DNA from: an uncultured Gammaproteobacteria bacterium | GTDB taxonomy: Bacteria; Pseudomonadota; Gammaproteobacteria; Arenicellales; JAANXG01 | Length of the DNA: 64,000 bases | Direction of reading: 5' to 3' | NCBI GenBank assembly: GCA_947259395.1 | Contig: CAMYMN010000012.1 | Location: 245-64,244 of the forward strand | In this document: positions 9,774-19,765 of the stretch, one piece after another | How positions within the stretch are numbered: position 1 is the first letter of the stretch | Layout: each line of letters opens with the position of its first letter | Program-made: the position numbers and the translations under genes | Notes under the pieces: model-generated | What the model saw: the letters and a program-made list of their open reading frames with translations, nothing else | What the model was told of the DNA's origin: nothing | Databases searched by the model: none

Positions 9774-10424
9774 CTAGTGCCGTGACCAACCTTCTGGTTT
9801 GTCAAATATATGAATGCCGCATCGCCGCAGTAGCCGCGCAGCCCGCTTGCTGCCGGTGCGCGTCCAGATATCATACCAATGAATCACGTCGGCATCGTCA
9901 GTGATACGCGCGTTATCGCCGACCTCCTCAAGGGCTTCGACAAACCCGGAAAAATTCTCGGAAAGTTCCTCAAATACCGCGCCGCCGTTGTCCGGTGCGT
10001 TCGAGGACCGTATGGCCTCAGATAAGCAGCCGTAAGCGGTGCCTCCCATTGAGACATAGTAGTCTACGTTTACGACCTTCCGTTTCAAGCTATCCGCAAA
10101 CAACCCTGCGATAAACAGCGCGACGTCACCGAGCCGACGTAAAGCATGTTGGCGGTGTTTTGCAGTTTTTGCCTCGACGGCTTCTCCGAATATCAGCGCC
10201 AAAGGTTTCAGTGTGTAATCATCGCGCGTCCATTCGTATAGATGGTCGGTTCGCGTAAAGCCGGCGAGCATGTTAACGACGTATGCCACAGTGTCTTCAC
10301 GTGCATGAAGACATTGATTAGCCATCGCAGACACCAGGGATTCGTGAAAGAATGTCTTTACGTCACTGGTTGCGATCAGTCGCACATTTTTCGGTGGTAT
10401 CACCACAACCGCCGTTACCCCCAA
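9774..10424 (-). CDS. Conserved hypothetical protein (LRRLGDVALFIAGLF...VDYYVSMGGTAY motif)
   Basis: 216-aa ORF with a recognisable conserved core; exact start uncertain (TTG 10424 or a nearby GTG). Confidence 0.75.
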   Translation of the reverse strand: MGVTAVVVIPPKNVRLIATSDVKTFFHESLVSAMANQCLHAREDTVAYVVNMLAGFTRTDHLYEWTRDDYTLKPLALIFGEAVEAKTAKHRQHALRRLGDVALFIAGLFADSLKRKVVNVDYYVSMGGTAYGCLSEAIRSSNAPDNGGAVFEELSENFSGFVEALEEVGDNARITDDADVIHWYDIWTRTGSKRAARLLRRCGIHIFDKPEGWSRH

Positions 10425-10486
10425 AATCTTTCGTACCGGTCAGTAGCAACTCAAAGGATACCAAACTTACACACTCCTCAACTTGA

Positions 10487-10542
10487 ATTATAGTCGCTGG
10501 CCAGATAAGCGAAAGTTAGCACTCGCGTAGCTTTGCTGCTAA
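10487..10542 (-). promoter_or_regulatory. CIRCE-like (HrcA) operator with an adjacent TATAAT -10 element
   Basis: TTAGCACTC-N9-TGCTGCTAA at 10516-10542 versus the consensus TTAGCACTC-N9-GAGTGCTAA (one arm perfect, the other 6/9); TATAAT on the minus strand at 10492-10487. Confidence 0.7.
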
Positions 10543-11057
10543 CAACATCGTTAATGCGTTGCGGCCACTGATATCATGCGTTGCATCAAAACAATAGCTC
10601 CTGGATTCGGCGCAAAGAATCGCCGCTTCGATCTTTTTGACCGGTTAATAATCGCTTCATTTCGAGCAATTCCGCGCTCGTGCCTTTAACTCCACCCATC
10701 ACTGGATCTCGCAGTATCAAGATAACCAGGGCGAGTCCAAACTCTTCGATGAGACGGTACGTCACCATAAATGTCTGCATCGCGGTCCGCCGATGCAGAC
10801 AGACTGTAAAAGCTCGTTGTCAATCATCGCCTGAAGGGTAACGTTGAACCGAGCTGTGACTACTACCGAAAGAGCGGATCCAACCTCGGTACTGCGGTAC
10901 ACCAACCACCGACAATAGACTGCACTGTCCGCGACGGATGTCAATCGTGCGATCAGCCGCGGGCAGATGCCCTAAATTTTGCCGCGCAATCATGCTGTTT
11001 GTGGCATTATTACGCACCGTGAAAACGCCTCGCTTTTAAGCCCAACAAGAAGGAAAT

Positions 11058-14000
11058 ATGAGAGTAGCGCTGCGTCAACAGGTTGATAGATTGATGTCAC
11101 AGCTCGTGGGCCAGGTGGGCGATCGTTCGCCGTGCCCGGGCGCTGATAGATTTCTACAAAGATTTTATGCCGATGTCGCTCCCGAGGATTTGCTCGATCG
11201 CAATGCAGATAGTCTTGCCGATATTGCACTAGGACATCTCAATTTCGCTCGCTATCGCAAGCCTGGATTACCACTCGTCCGAGTAGTGCATCCACGAAAT
11301 CCTGACGGAGACATTTCTCTCAATCAGTGTATCGTTCAAGTGGTAACGGACAACATGCCCTTTCTGGTGGATTCGGTCCGCATAGCGATCAATCAAAGAG
11401 GTCTCAACATCGATCGCACTATCCATCCGGTAACGAGAGTCGTACGAGATCCATCGGGAAACCTGGTAGAGGTGTTGGAGCAAAACGACACGCACAAAGA
11501 AAACGCGTTATCCGAATCGTTTCTCTACCTTGAAGCATCCAGCGATTCATCGGTTGAACCTATCTCCGAGGTCGAAAACGCGGTACGGGCAACCTTGGCC
11601 GATGTGAACGCGGCGGTCGAGGATTGGCAACTCATGCGGCGCAAGATCGAGACCATTAAAGATCTAATCAGCCAACAAGATCTGCCTCTTCCTCACGAGG
11701 ACGTTGAAGAAACGCAATGCTTTTTGCAGTGGCTGGTGGATGATCACTTTACTTTTTTGGGCTACAGGGAGTATGAGCTCGTCGAAAAGGATGGCGAGGA
11801 CATCCTGCATATACTCCCGGGTACTGGTCTTGGCATACTGCGGGAACGCGAGGACGAGACAGTGTCCAGTGCATTTTCAGGACTGCCTCCCGAGGTGCGC
11901 AAACGCGCACGTGAACCGCAGTTACTGATATTAACCAAAGGAAATTCCCGCTCGACTGTTCATCTTCCGACCTATATCGACTACGTCGGAATAAAACGCT
12001 TCGACGAGAGCGGCCAAGTGACTGGCGAGTACCGATTATTAGGTCTGTACACGTCTGTCGCGTACCGTTGCGATCCCTACGAAATACCGGTTGTTCGACG
12101 TAAACTCGAAAAAGTTATTGCTCGTTCCGGATACGAAGACGGCAGTCACGCCGAAAAATCTTTACAAACCATACTCCAGACCTATCCACGAGACGAATTA
12201 TTTCAAATCTCTGCGGAACTCTTGTTCGAGATTACGATGGGTATCGTGCGCTTGCACGATCGCCAACGAGTTCGGCTATTTATGCGTCGTGACACCTACG
12301 CTCGGTTCGTATCCTGTTTGGTTTTTGTCGCCCGCGATCGTTACGACACGAAACTACGGCATCGGTTTGAGAAAGTCCTGCTCGACGCATTCAGTGGCGA
12401 TAATGTCGAGTGCAACGTTCTACTGAGCGAGTCGGTATTGGCGCGGCTGCACTTCGTGATTAGGGGAACTCCCGGGCGCTTGAGCGAGGTAGATGACACC
12501 GAGTTGGAACAAAAACTCGCTGATGGGGCGCGGGTGTGGAGTGAGCAACTCGCGAGCGCGTTGACCACGAAACACGCGAGCCGCTCGGCGATTGTTCTTG
12601 CGCGACGCTACCGGGACGCCTTTCCGGTAGGCTATCAGGACACTTCCGCGGCTGCTGAAGCGGCTGATGATATCGAGCACATGGAGGCGCTAGACCAAGG
12701 TGACGATTTAAGTATCCACACGTACCGGCTTGTTGATGACCCTCCAGAAACCTTACGGCTCAAACTGTACCACCTGAATGACCCAATCCCGTTATCCGAG
12801 GTTATCCCGGTGTTGGAGAATCTCGCCCTGTTCGTGAGGACCGAGCGTCCACACCGCGTCACACGCAGTGACGGCAGCGTTGTGTGGATGCACGATTTCG
12901 GCACCGGCCATTCTGAGAAAAGACCGCTGTCTCTTCAGGGCACACGGAAACATTTCCAAGAAGCCTTCGTGAGGACTTGGGCCGGGGAAGCGGAAAATGA
13001 TGGGTTCAACCAACTAATTTTGGGCGCCAAGTTGAGTTGGCGAGAGGCGGCGGTGTTGCGGGCCTACTGCCATTATTTACTGCAGTTGCGTGTTCCCTTC
13101 AGCCAAGCATATATGGAAAAAACGCTCGCCTCCAACACCGGGATCGCGATGCTGCTTATTGATTATTTTAACACCCGGTTCGATCCCGCTCTTCGTGATC
13201 GTTCCGTTCTCATGGAGAGCCATGCACAAGACATCATGGATCGGATTCATGATGTCTCCAGTCTGGACGAGGATCGTATACTGAGACTTTATCTATCGGC
13301 ACTAAAGGCGACGCTTCGCACCAATTACTTCCAGATTAGCGGCAACAACGACCCAAAGCCCTATCTGACACTGAAGATTAACGCCGAACAAATCGACGCC
13401 GCCCCTGAACCGAGACCGCCATTCGAAATCTTCGTGTATTCGCCGCAGATGGAAGGTGTTCATCTGCGCGGTGGCAAGGTCGCGCGTGGCGGTATCCGCT
13501 GGTCAGACCGGCGCGAAGACTTTCGTACCGAAATCTTGGGCCTTATGAAGGCACAAATAGTCAAGAATGCAGTGATCGTACCGGTGGGGGCCAAGGGAGG
13601 CTTCGTCCTCAGAAAAACAACATCCGATGGTGATCGGCTCAAAGAGGAGGTTCAACAATCCTACCGAACGTTTATTCAGGGTTTATTGGATGTCACCGAT
13701 AATCTCGTCGAGGGTAAACCAGTGACCCCTGCGAACACCGTGTGTTACGACGATGCGGATCCATATCTGGTAGTCGCTGCCGACAAAGGTACGGCCACGT
13801 TTTCCGACGTCGCAAATGATATTGCGGTAAGCAATCACTTTTGGCTGGGTGATGCATTTGCATCCGGAGGCTCCGCCGGCTACGACCACAAAAAGATGGG
13901 CATCACCGCGCGCGGTGCCTGGGAATCCGTCAAGCGGCATTTTCGCGAGATGGGCACAGACATCCAGACGACGCCGTTCACCGTAGTCGGCATCGGAGAT

Positions 14001-15860
14001 ATGGCCGGAGATGTATTCGGTAATGGGACGCTTTTGTCGCCCTGTATACGGCTTGTCGCGGCATTCAATCATCTGCATATCTTCGTTGACCCCGATCCGG
14101 ATCCCCAGATCAGCTTCCAAGAACGAAAACGCTTATTTGAGCTCCCGCGTTCGAGCTGGCTCGATTACAACAACAAGCTGATCACGAAAGGCGGTGGAGT
14201 ATTCTCCCGGACATCAAAGTCAATCCAATCAAGCCCTGAAATGAGGGAATTGCTGGGAACGAACGCGGAAAGTCTGACTCCCAACGACTTGATTCGATGT
14301 ATTCTCAAGGCGCGCGTGGACCTGCTCTGGAACGGAGGTATTGGAACATTCGTCAAGTCCAGCGTCGAAAGTCATGCCGACGCCGGCGATCGAGTCAACG
14401 ACTCAATCCGCGTGAATGCTGACGAGTTGCGAAGCAAGGTGGTGGGCGAGGGAGGAAATTTGGGTCTGACTCAGCTGGGTCGTGTCGAATTCGCAAAGCG
14501 CGGCGGCTACGTGATTACGGATTCCATTGACAACTCCGGAGGCGTAGACAGCTCTGACCATGAGGTCAATATCAAGATACTACTCACCGGGCCGGTTTCC
14601 GCCGGGGAATTAAGCCTGGAGGAACGTAATCGTCTTCTCGCCCGCATGACCGAAGAAGTGGTCGATCTGGTGCTCACGCATAACTATCAGCAAACACAAG
14701 CAATAAGCATTGCCAGTCATCAGGCGACAGAACGATTAGGAGATCACGCACGATTAATTCGCCGTCTGGAACGGGAAGGCAGATTAAAACGCCGCCTTGA
14801 GTTCTTACCCAATGACGACGAGATTACTGAGCGCGGCTCCGGAACGATGGGATTGACCCGCCCGGAACTCGCAATCTTGTTTTCTTACGTGAAAATTACT
14901 TTATTTGCTGAATTATTGAATTCTGACGTTCCGGAAGATCCATACGTTGCCAAAGACCTGCAGCGGTATTTTCCGACACCGCTGCGAAGTCGTTACCACG
15001 CGTATATGGACAGTCATCCGTTACGGCGCGAGATCATTGCCACCCACATTACCAATAGTATGATCAATTCCGTGGACTTGACGATGATCTCACGTTATAC
15101 GGAGCAGTATGGGTATACTGCCGCGGATATCACCCGAGCGTACGTAGCCGCTCGCGATATCTTCGATATGATGTCATATCGCGAGGATGTGGACGCCCTC
15201 GATAATGAAGTTCCTTCCGCAACGCAGATTGACATGCTGATCAAGATGCGCCGACTGATAGAACGGGCTACATTTTGGCTACTGGAAAATCAGCCGCAAT
15301 CGTTGGATATTACAGACTCTGTCAATACCTTTTCCGATGGCGTCAAACATATCGCGCATCATCTGCACGACTGGGTAACGCCTACGCATCGCGATGTCCT
15401 CGACCGTGCCGTGCAGGCTTATCTAGACGTTGGCGTACCTATAGAACTGGCGCAAAGGTGCAGCGGCTTGGGCGCTCTTTACTCAGCTCTAGATATTGTT
15501 GACGTGTCCTCGGGCTCGAGTTTTGATGTAGATGATGTTGTGCGTATTTATTTCGAATTGGGGCACCGGCTGTCCATGTATTGGCTACGAGAGCAATTAC
15601 TAAATCTTTCGCAGGGACATCACTGGCAGAGAATGGCCACCGATGGTTTGTATCTGGATCTGTATCGTTATCAACGGCTTCTCAGTAGCAAAGTCGTAGA
15701 AGGTAGTGCCAAATCCAAACACGTCGATTATTGGATGTCTCACTACAAACAAGAGATCGATCGCATCGACAAGACAGTCTCGGAACTGAAAGAACAAGGC
15801 TCCCTGGATATTGCAATGCTCATGGTGGCTATCCGCGATATACAAGCTTTGGCCGAGTGA
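11058..15860 (+). CDS. gdhB: Large NAD-specific glutamate dehydrogenase (GDH2 type, about 1600 aa)
   Basis: EGVHLRGGKVARGGIRWSDRREDFRTE, KNAVIVPVGAKGGF, DPYLVVAADKGTATFSD, GIGDMAGDVFGNG, DNSGGVDSSDHEVNIKI. Confidence 0.97.
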   Translation: MRVALRQQVDRLMSQLVGQVGDRSPCPGADRFLQRFYADVAPEDLLDRNADSLADIALGHLNFARYRKPGLPLVRVVHPRNPDGDISLNQCIVQVVTDNMPFLVDSVRIAINQRGLNIDRTIHPVTRVVRDPSGNLVEVLEQNDTHKENALSESFLYLEASSDSSVEPISEVENAVRATLADVNAAVEDWQLMRRKIETIKDLISQQDLPLPHEDVEETQCFLQWLVDDHFTFLGYREYELVEKDGEDILHILPGTGLGILREREDETVSSAFSGLPPEVRKRAREPQLLILTKGNSRSTVHLPTYIDYVGIKRFDESGQVTGEYRLLGLYTSVAYRCDPYEIPVVRRKLEKVIARSGYEDGSHAEKSLQTILQTYPRDELFQISAELLFEITMGIVRLHDRQRVRLFMRRDTYARFVSCLVFVARDRYDTKLRHRFEKVLLDAFSGDNVECNVLLSESVLARLHFVIRGTPGRLSEVDDTELEQKLADGARVWSEQLASALTTKHASRSAIVLARRYRDAFPVGYQDTSAAAEAADDIEHMEALDQGDDLSIHTYRLVDDPPETLRLKLYHLNDPIPLSEVIPVLENLALFVRTERPHRVTRSDGSVVWMHDFGTGHSEKRPLSLQGTRKHFQEAFVRTWAGEAENDGFNQLILGAKLSWREAAVLRAYCHYLLQLRVPFSQAYMEKTLASNTGIAMLLIDYFNTRFDPALRDRSVLMESHAQDIMDRIHDVSSLDEDRILRLYLSALKATLRTNYFQISGNNDPKPYLTLKINAEQIDAAPEPRPPFEIFVYSPQMEGVHLRGGKVARGGIRWSDRREDFRTEILGLMKAQIVKNAVIVPVGAKGGFVLRKTTSDGDRLKEEVQQSYRTFIQGLLDVTDNLVEGKPVTPANTVCYDDADPYLVVAADKGTATFSDVANDIAVSNHFWLGDAFASGGSAGYDHKKMGITARGAWESVKRHFREMGTDIQTTPFTVVGIGDMAGDVFGNGTLLSPCIRLVAAFNHLHIFVDPDPDPQISFQERKRLFELPRSSWLDYNNKLITKGGGVFSRTSKSIQSSPEMRELLGTNAESLTPNDLIRCILKARVDLLWNGGIGTFVKSSVESHADAGDRVNDSIRVNADELRSKVVGEGGNLGLTQLGRVEFAKRGGYVITDSIDNSGGVDSSDHEVNIKILLTGPVSAGELSLEERNRLLARMTEEVVDLVLTHNYQQTQAISIASHQATERLGDHARLIRRLEREGRLKRRLEFLPNDDEITERGSGTMGLTRPELAILFSYVKITLFAELLNSDVPEDPYVAKDLQRYFPTPLRSRYHAYMDSHPLRREIIATHITNSMINSVDLTMISRYTEQYGYTAADITRAYVAARDIFDMMSYREDVDALDNEVPSATQIDMLIKMRRLIERATFWLLENQPQSLDITDSVNTFSDGVKHIAHHLHDWVTPTHRDVLDRAVQAYLDVGVPIELAQRCSGLGALYSALDIVDVSSGSSFDVDDVVRIYFELGHRLSMYWLREQLLNLSQGHHWQRMATDGLYLDLYRYQRLLSSKVVEGSAKSKHVDYWMSHYKQEIDRIDKTVSELKEQGSLDIAMLMVAIRDIQALAE

Positions 15861-15861
15861 A

Positions 15862-16620
15862 ATGACCTCATACATAGGACCACTGCGGAAATTCACAAAA
15901 TCAAAAAAGCTTGATGCGTTCGACTTATTGCCCGGGTCGTTGTTGGCAGATAAGTACGAAGTAGTAGAACAACTGGGAAGGGGGTGGGAAGGAGAGGTCT
16001 ATCTCGTCAAAGAAACCGCAGCAGACATTGAACGTACCGCTAAACTGTTTTTCCCCCAGCGCAACATTCGCGATAAAACGTCGAACTTCTACGCAAAAAA
16101 ACTACATAAACTGAGGCACTGTCCCATCGTAATACAATATCACACACAAGATACGATCGTTTATGATGGCATCCCCATACGATTTCTCGTATCGGAGTTC
16201 GTCGAAGGCGAACGACTCTCAAGTTTCGTCGCGCGCCAACGTGGAAAGCGGTTACATCCCTTTCAGGCATTACATCTATTGCACTCACTGACCGCAGGCA
16301 TCGAGTGTATTCATAATATGGGGGATTACCATGGGGATCTGCATAGCGACAATATCATCGTGCAGCACTACGGCTTGGGTTTTGAGCTTAAGCTCGTTGA
16401 CATGTTTCATTGGGGTCCACCAACAGGAGAAAATCGCCATCAAGACCTATTTGACCTGATCCAGGTATTTCACGAAGTGCTGGGTGGACGCAAACACTAT
16501 GCCAAGCTCCCCGTAGAAATAAAATCCATTTGTTGCGGGCTTAAACGAACTTTGATTCTCAAGAAATTCAAAACTGTCGCAAAACTGCGGATACACCTGG
16601 AAAACCTGCAGTGGCGGTAA
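15862..16620 (+). CDS. Small stand-alone Ser/Thr protein-kinase-like protein
   Basis: LGRGWEGEVY Gly-loop, TAKLF Lys, YHGDLHSDN catalytic loop, KLVDMF Mg-binding motif; ATG lies 1 nt after the gdhB stop. Confidence 0.85.
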   Translation: MTSYIGPLRKFTKSKKLDAFDLLPGSLLADKYEVVEQLGRGWEGEVYLVKETAADIERTAKLFFPQRNIRDKTSNFYAKKLHKLRHCPIVIQYHTQDTIVYDGIPIRFLVSEFVEGERLSSFVARQRGKRLHPFQALHLLHSLTAGIECIHNMGDYHGDLHSDNIIVQHYGLGFELKLVDMFHWGPPTGENRHQDLFDLIQVFHEVLGGRKHYAKLPVEIKSICCGLKRTLILKKFKTVAKLRIHLENLQWR

Positions 16621-17474
16621 TCAACAATACCGCAAGCACGCCCCCGAATCTCGAATCCCCAAAGATCTACTCGCAGCAAGATCTTGATCACATAGATCGA
16701 TGTCTGTTCTCGGGTGGGGAAGCAGTCACCTTTACCCATTCAGCACCGGACAAGACCAGCGGCAACGAGGACGCGGCGGCATTGGTCCCGTTAGACGAAT
16801 ACTCCGGGGTGTTGATCGTAGCGGATGGTGTGGGTGGTTCACCGGGTGGTGGCCAGGCATCGACGCTGGCGGTCCAAACTTTACTACATCGAATTACACA
16901 CGTGGCCAAGGGACGGAGTCTGCGTGAGACAATTCTCGACGGTATCGAGGCGGCCAATCATACTGTATTAAACCTCGGTACCGGTGCGGCCACCACCTTG
17001 GCAGTAATAGAAGTCCAAAGATTCGCGATACGACCTTATCATGTCGGAGATTCTCTCATCTTGCTCACCGGGCAGCGGGGAAAGCTTAAGTTCCAGAACG
17101 TACCGCACTCACCTACCGGCTATGCCGTGGAATCCGGATTAATGGATGAAACTGATGCAATCCACCATGAAGAACGCAGTGTGGTGTCAAATGTTGTGGG
17201 CGATACCGACATGCGCATTGAAATCGGCCCCACCACAAGAATTTCGCCCCGGGATACTTTGGTGGTCGCCAGTGACGGACTGGCTGATAATCTTTACATC
17301 GATGAGATCGTTCACACTATTCGAACCGGACCGTTACCCCGCGCCGGCGAGACGTTGATTCGCACCGGCCATCAGCGAATGTGTAATCCCGAAGATAAAC
17401 CCAGTCATCCAGATGACCTGACTTTTATTTTGTTTCGGCCCACACCGGCGAATGTCAACTGGGCTGCAATTTAG
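16611..17474 (+). CDS. PP2C/PPM-family Ser/Thr phosphatase
   Basis: GNEDA, VADGVGG, HVGDS, ASDGL, DDLT motifs; overlaps the kinase end. Confidence 0.9.
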   Translation: MAVINNTASTPPNLESPKIYSQQDLDHIDRCLFSGGEAVTFTHSAPDKTSGNEDAAALVPLDEYSGVLIVADGVGGSPGGGQASTLAVQTLLHRITHVAKGRSLRETILDGIEAANHTVLNLGTGAATTLAVIEVQRFAIRPYHVGDSLILLTGQRGKLKFQNVPHSPTGYAVESGLMDETDAIHHEERSVVSNVVGDTDMRIEIGPTTRISPRDTLVVASDGLADNLYIDEIVHTIRTGPLPRAGETLIRTGHQRMCNPEDKPSHPDDLTFILFRPTPANVNWAAI

Positions 17475-17536
17475 TTCAACACGCCCTTCGCCTGATCGTT
17501 GTCCGGTGCGTCCATGAACCTCCGGTCACCGCGCGT

Positions 17537-18445
17537 CTAGCTTATCGCCCGGGCGTAGTTGTCGAGCTGTTCTATGTATTCTTTCGTCGTCTTTGGCATC
17601 GGGACCCGCGCGCCGGCCAAATACGTGAGGATTTTCCTGCCCTCTTGCAACAGACGCTTGCCATGTTCAATGTGGTGGCGCTTGGATTCATAAATGTCCG
17701 CGGGGATTCGTGGTTCGAAGGAATCGACCGCCTCCAATGCGGCGACAAAACGCGGCCAAATATCAAATATCGCCCGATCGCTGCGTATCGTTTCCGCCTC
17801 TCTCTTTGCGGCCTCAGCCAGTTCCAAAAGTCGTGGACCGATACCTTTGAATGGCGTTTGACTCTCGAACATCTGCGTCATCCGATCAGTAATATGATCG
17901 ATATTACGCATCGCCTGGGCGATCTTAAGGTATCGGCTTTCGTAAAATGCCGTCATGGGCATGGAAAAGGCCTTGAACGGTTCGCCCCACAATTCGTCGA
18001 TACCCTCTTCACCGCTGTAATGTTTAACAAGTTTGCCAAGTTCCAAGGCTTCTTTGAGGCATTCTCCACACATTTTCATTAGTTCATTTTCCTCGCTTAT
18101 CAACACTCCTTTCGAGGCGAGGGTCACTACCGCGTTGAAGATATCGGTTCCGCGATTGAAAAGTGCACCGGCCAACATCGCGCCTTTTACTCTTTTCCTG
18201 GCCGGATCCGTCTCGTCAAGATAGGCCTGTCTGGCCATCTCCAACTTTTCGCCCGGCGTATTTATACCGGGTTCAGTATGATGGAAAGTACGGCGGGTTA
18301 AGTTAACTATTAACTTCTTTTTTTCGGCAAGGGTGTCTTCAGGCGGTGCATAGTAACGTATCCAGTAACCATCGTAATAGACACTGACTCTATCGGAAGT
18401 CTTCCGGATGGTCCCATTTTCAATCTTTTCAGCTGGTTCGCTCAT
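17537..18445 (-). CDS. Conserved hypothetical protein (YYDGYWIRYY, FHHTEPGINTPG, EEGIDELWGEPF motifs)
   Basis: Long soluble ORF; start assigned to ATG 18445 (MSEPAEK); no domain recognised. Confidence 0.7.
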   Translation of the reverse strand: MSEPAEKIENGTIRKTSDRVSVYYDGYWIRYYAPPEDTLAEKKKLIVNLTRRTFHHTEPGINTPGEKLEMARQAYLDETDPARKRVKGAMLAGALFNRGTDIFNAVVTLASKGVLISEENELMKMCGECLKEALELGKLVKHYSGEEGIDELWGEPFKAFSMPMTAFYESRYLKIAQAMRNIDHITDRMTQMFESQTPFKGIGPRLLELAEAAKREAETIRSDRAIFDIWPRFVAALEAVDSFEPRIPADIYESKRHHIEHGKRLLQEGRKILTYLAGARVPMPKTTKEYIEQLDNYARAIS

Positions 18446-18746
18446 GTCACTGCTACGTCTACTTAAAGACACAAATGCCAAATGAGTTTGGACTATTTTT
18501 CGCGCGTATTGTAGTGCCTGATCAGGCTGGTTAACACCCCTTCCTCGGCTAAGGTAATGATAAGGCGAATATTGCGCCAAGGCGGCGAAAAAAAGCTGAC
18601 ATTTTGTTCAGCATAAGGAACATGATCAATGCCCAGTATGACAATTTGTGCTCGCATACGCGCCAATTCCCGACCGCGGCTTGATCTCAAATGCTGCACC
18701 CATTATATGTAGGTTCCTGCCATGGTTAGCCAACCGCGGTTTTCAA

Positions 18747-19193
18747 TTAACGATTGTTTTCCTTCAGACCGTTCTCAAGCTCATAAATTCGCTGTCTAAT
18801 TTGAGCGGGAACGGGCGCTTTCTGGTTTGTTTGGTAGTTGAACGTCACCACCACGCCATCACCTTCGGCGGCGACTTTGTCGTGCCCCTGGCTGACGGCA
18901 AGATATCGATGCGTAAAACGATCTTCTCCCAGGTCTGTCACTTTCGCGCCCACCAACAAGGTGTCTGGATATGTCACTGGAAACCGAAAACGACATTGGG
19001 TGGAGGCAAGGATCGGACCGACACCGGTCTCGCGCAGGTGATCCATGGCATGGATCCGCTCAAAGTACTCGATCCTGACGCTTTCAAAGTACTGGAAATA
19101 GACGATATTGTTGACATGTTGGAATGCGTCCATGTCGCCCCATCGGACGGGGACAGTGATTACGACAGGATATCCATTAAGCGACTGCGACAC
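18747..19193 (-). CDS. 4HBT/YbgC-like acyl-CoA thioesterase
   Basis: VRWGDMDAFQHVNNIVYFQYFESVR hotdog motif; start assigned to GTG 19193. Confidence 0.9.
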   Translation of the reverse strand: MSQSLNGYPVVITVPVRWGDMDAFQHVNNIVYFQYFESVRIEYFERIHAMDHLRETGVGPILASTQCRFRFPVTYPDTLLVGAKVTDLGEDRFTHRYLAVSQGHDKVAAEGDGVVVTFNYQTNQKAPVPAQIRQRIYELENGLKENNR

Positions 19194-19765
19194 GTCGGGC
19201 TCCAAAGATGTTGTTACGCACGAATAGAACTCGGGACATTCGCGTTCATTGGTCCTCGTCTCACCAGACGTGGCCATTGGCATGGTGTGCAAGTATATGA
19301 TACCAAGCCGGCCGATGACGCGAGAAATCATGAAATCGCTACTGTCAGCGGCACCCCGCACGGTGAGCCGTCATCGCGGCCCACGGGTGGGCAGTACGTA
19401 TTCGACGCGCAACACAGCCGACTTTGTCGCAAAAAATCAAGACCACTTAACGATGTTTGGCGGCGGGCGGTGCAAGCAATTCGAAGACCCAGTCCATTGG
19501 ACACCGTCCCACCACAGGGCACTGGTTGCAATCAGCGTCTCCAGGATCGATATGAATATAGGGGCGGGGTCCATTGCCGCCAACGACCGGCCTTTTTTGA
19601 TGCCGGGAAATGACCTAGGATTAACGCCAAAGCACCGGCTCGAATAGCAGCCGGTACCGGCATGTCGCAAGTAGGCCACAACCGAACGGCACATGATAGG
19701 CCGCAAATTTGAGGCAGCTCTGAATCGACAGTAATGTGTGAGTTGTGAATGAACATGGTGAAACG

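Noticed and set aside
10586-11017. Three short minus-strand ORFs between the CIRCE-like site and gdhB
   Set aside because: No clear RBS or domain; cannot be supported, although the 64-aa ORF is not excluded.
18648-19647. Long plus-strand ORFs (321 aa, 132 aa)
   Set aside because: The 321-aa ORF is an antisense shadow of the thioesterase; neither has recognisable motifs.
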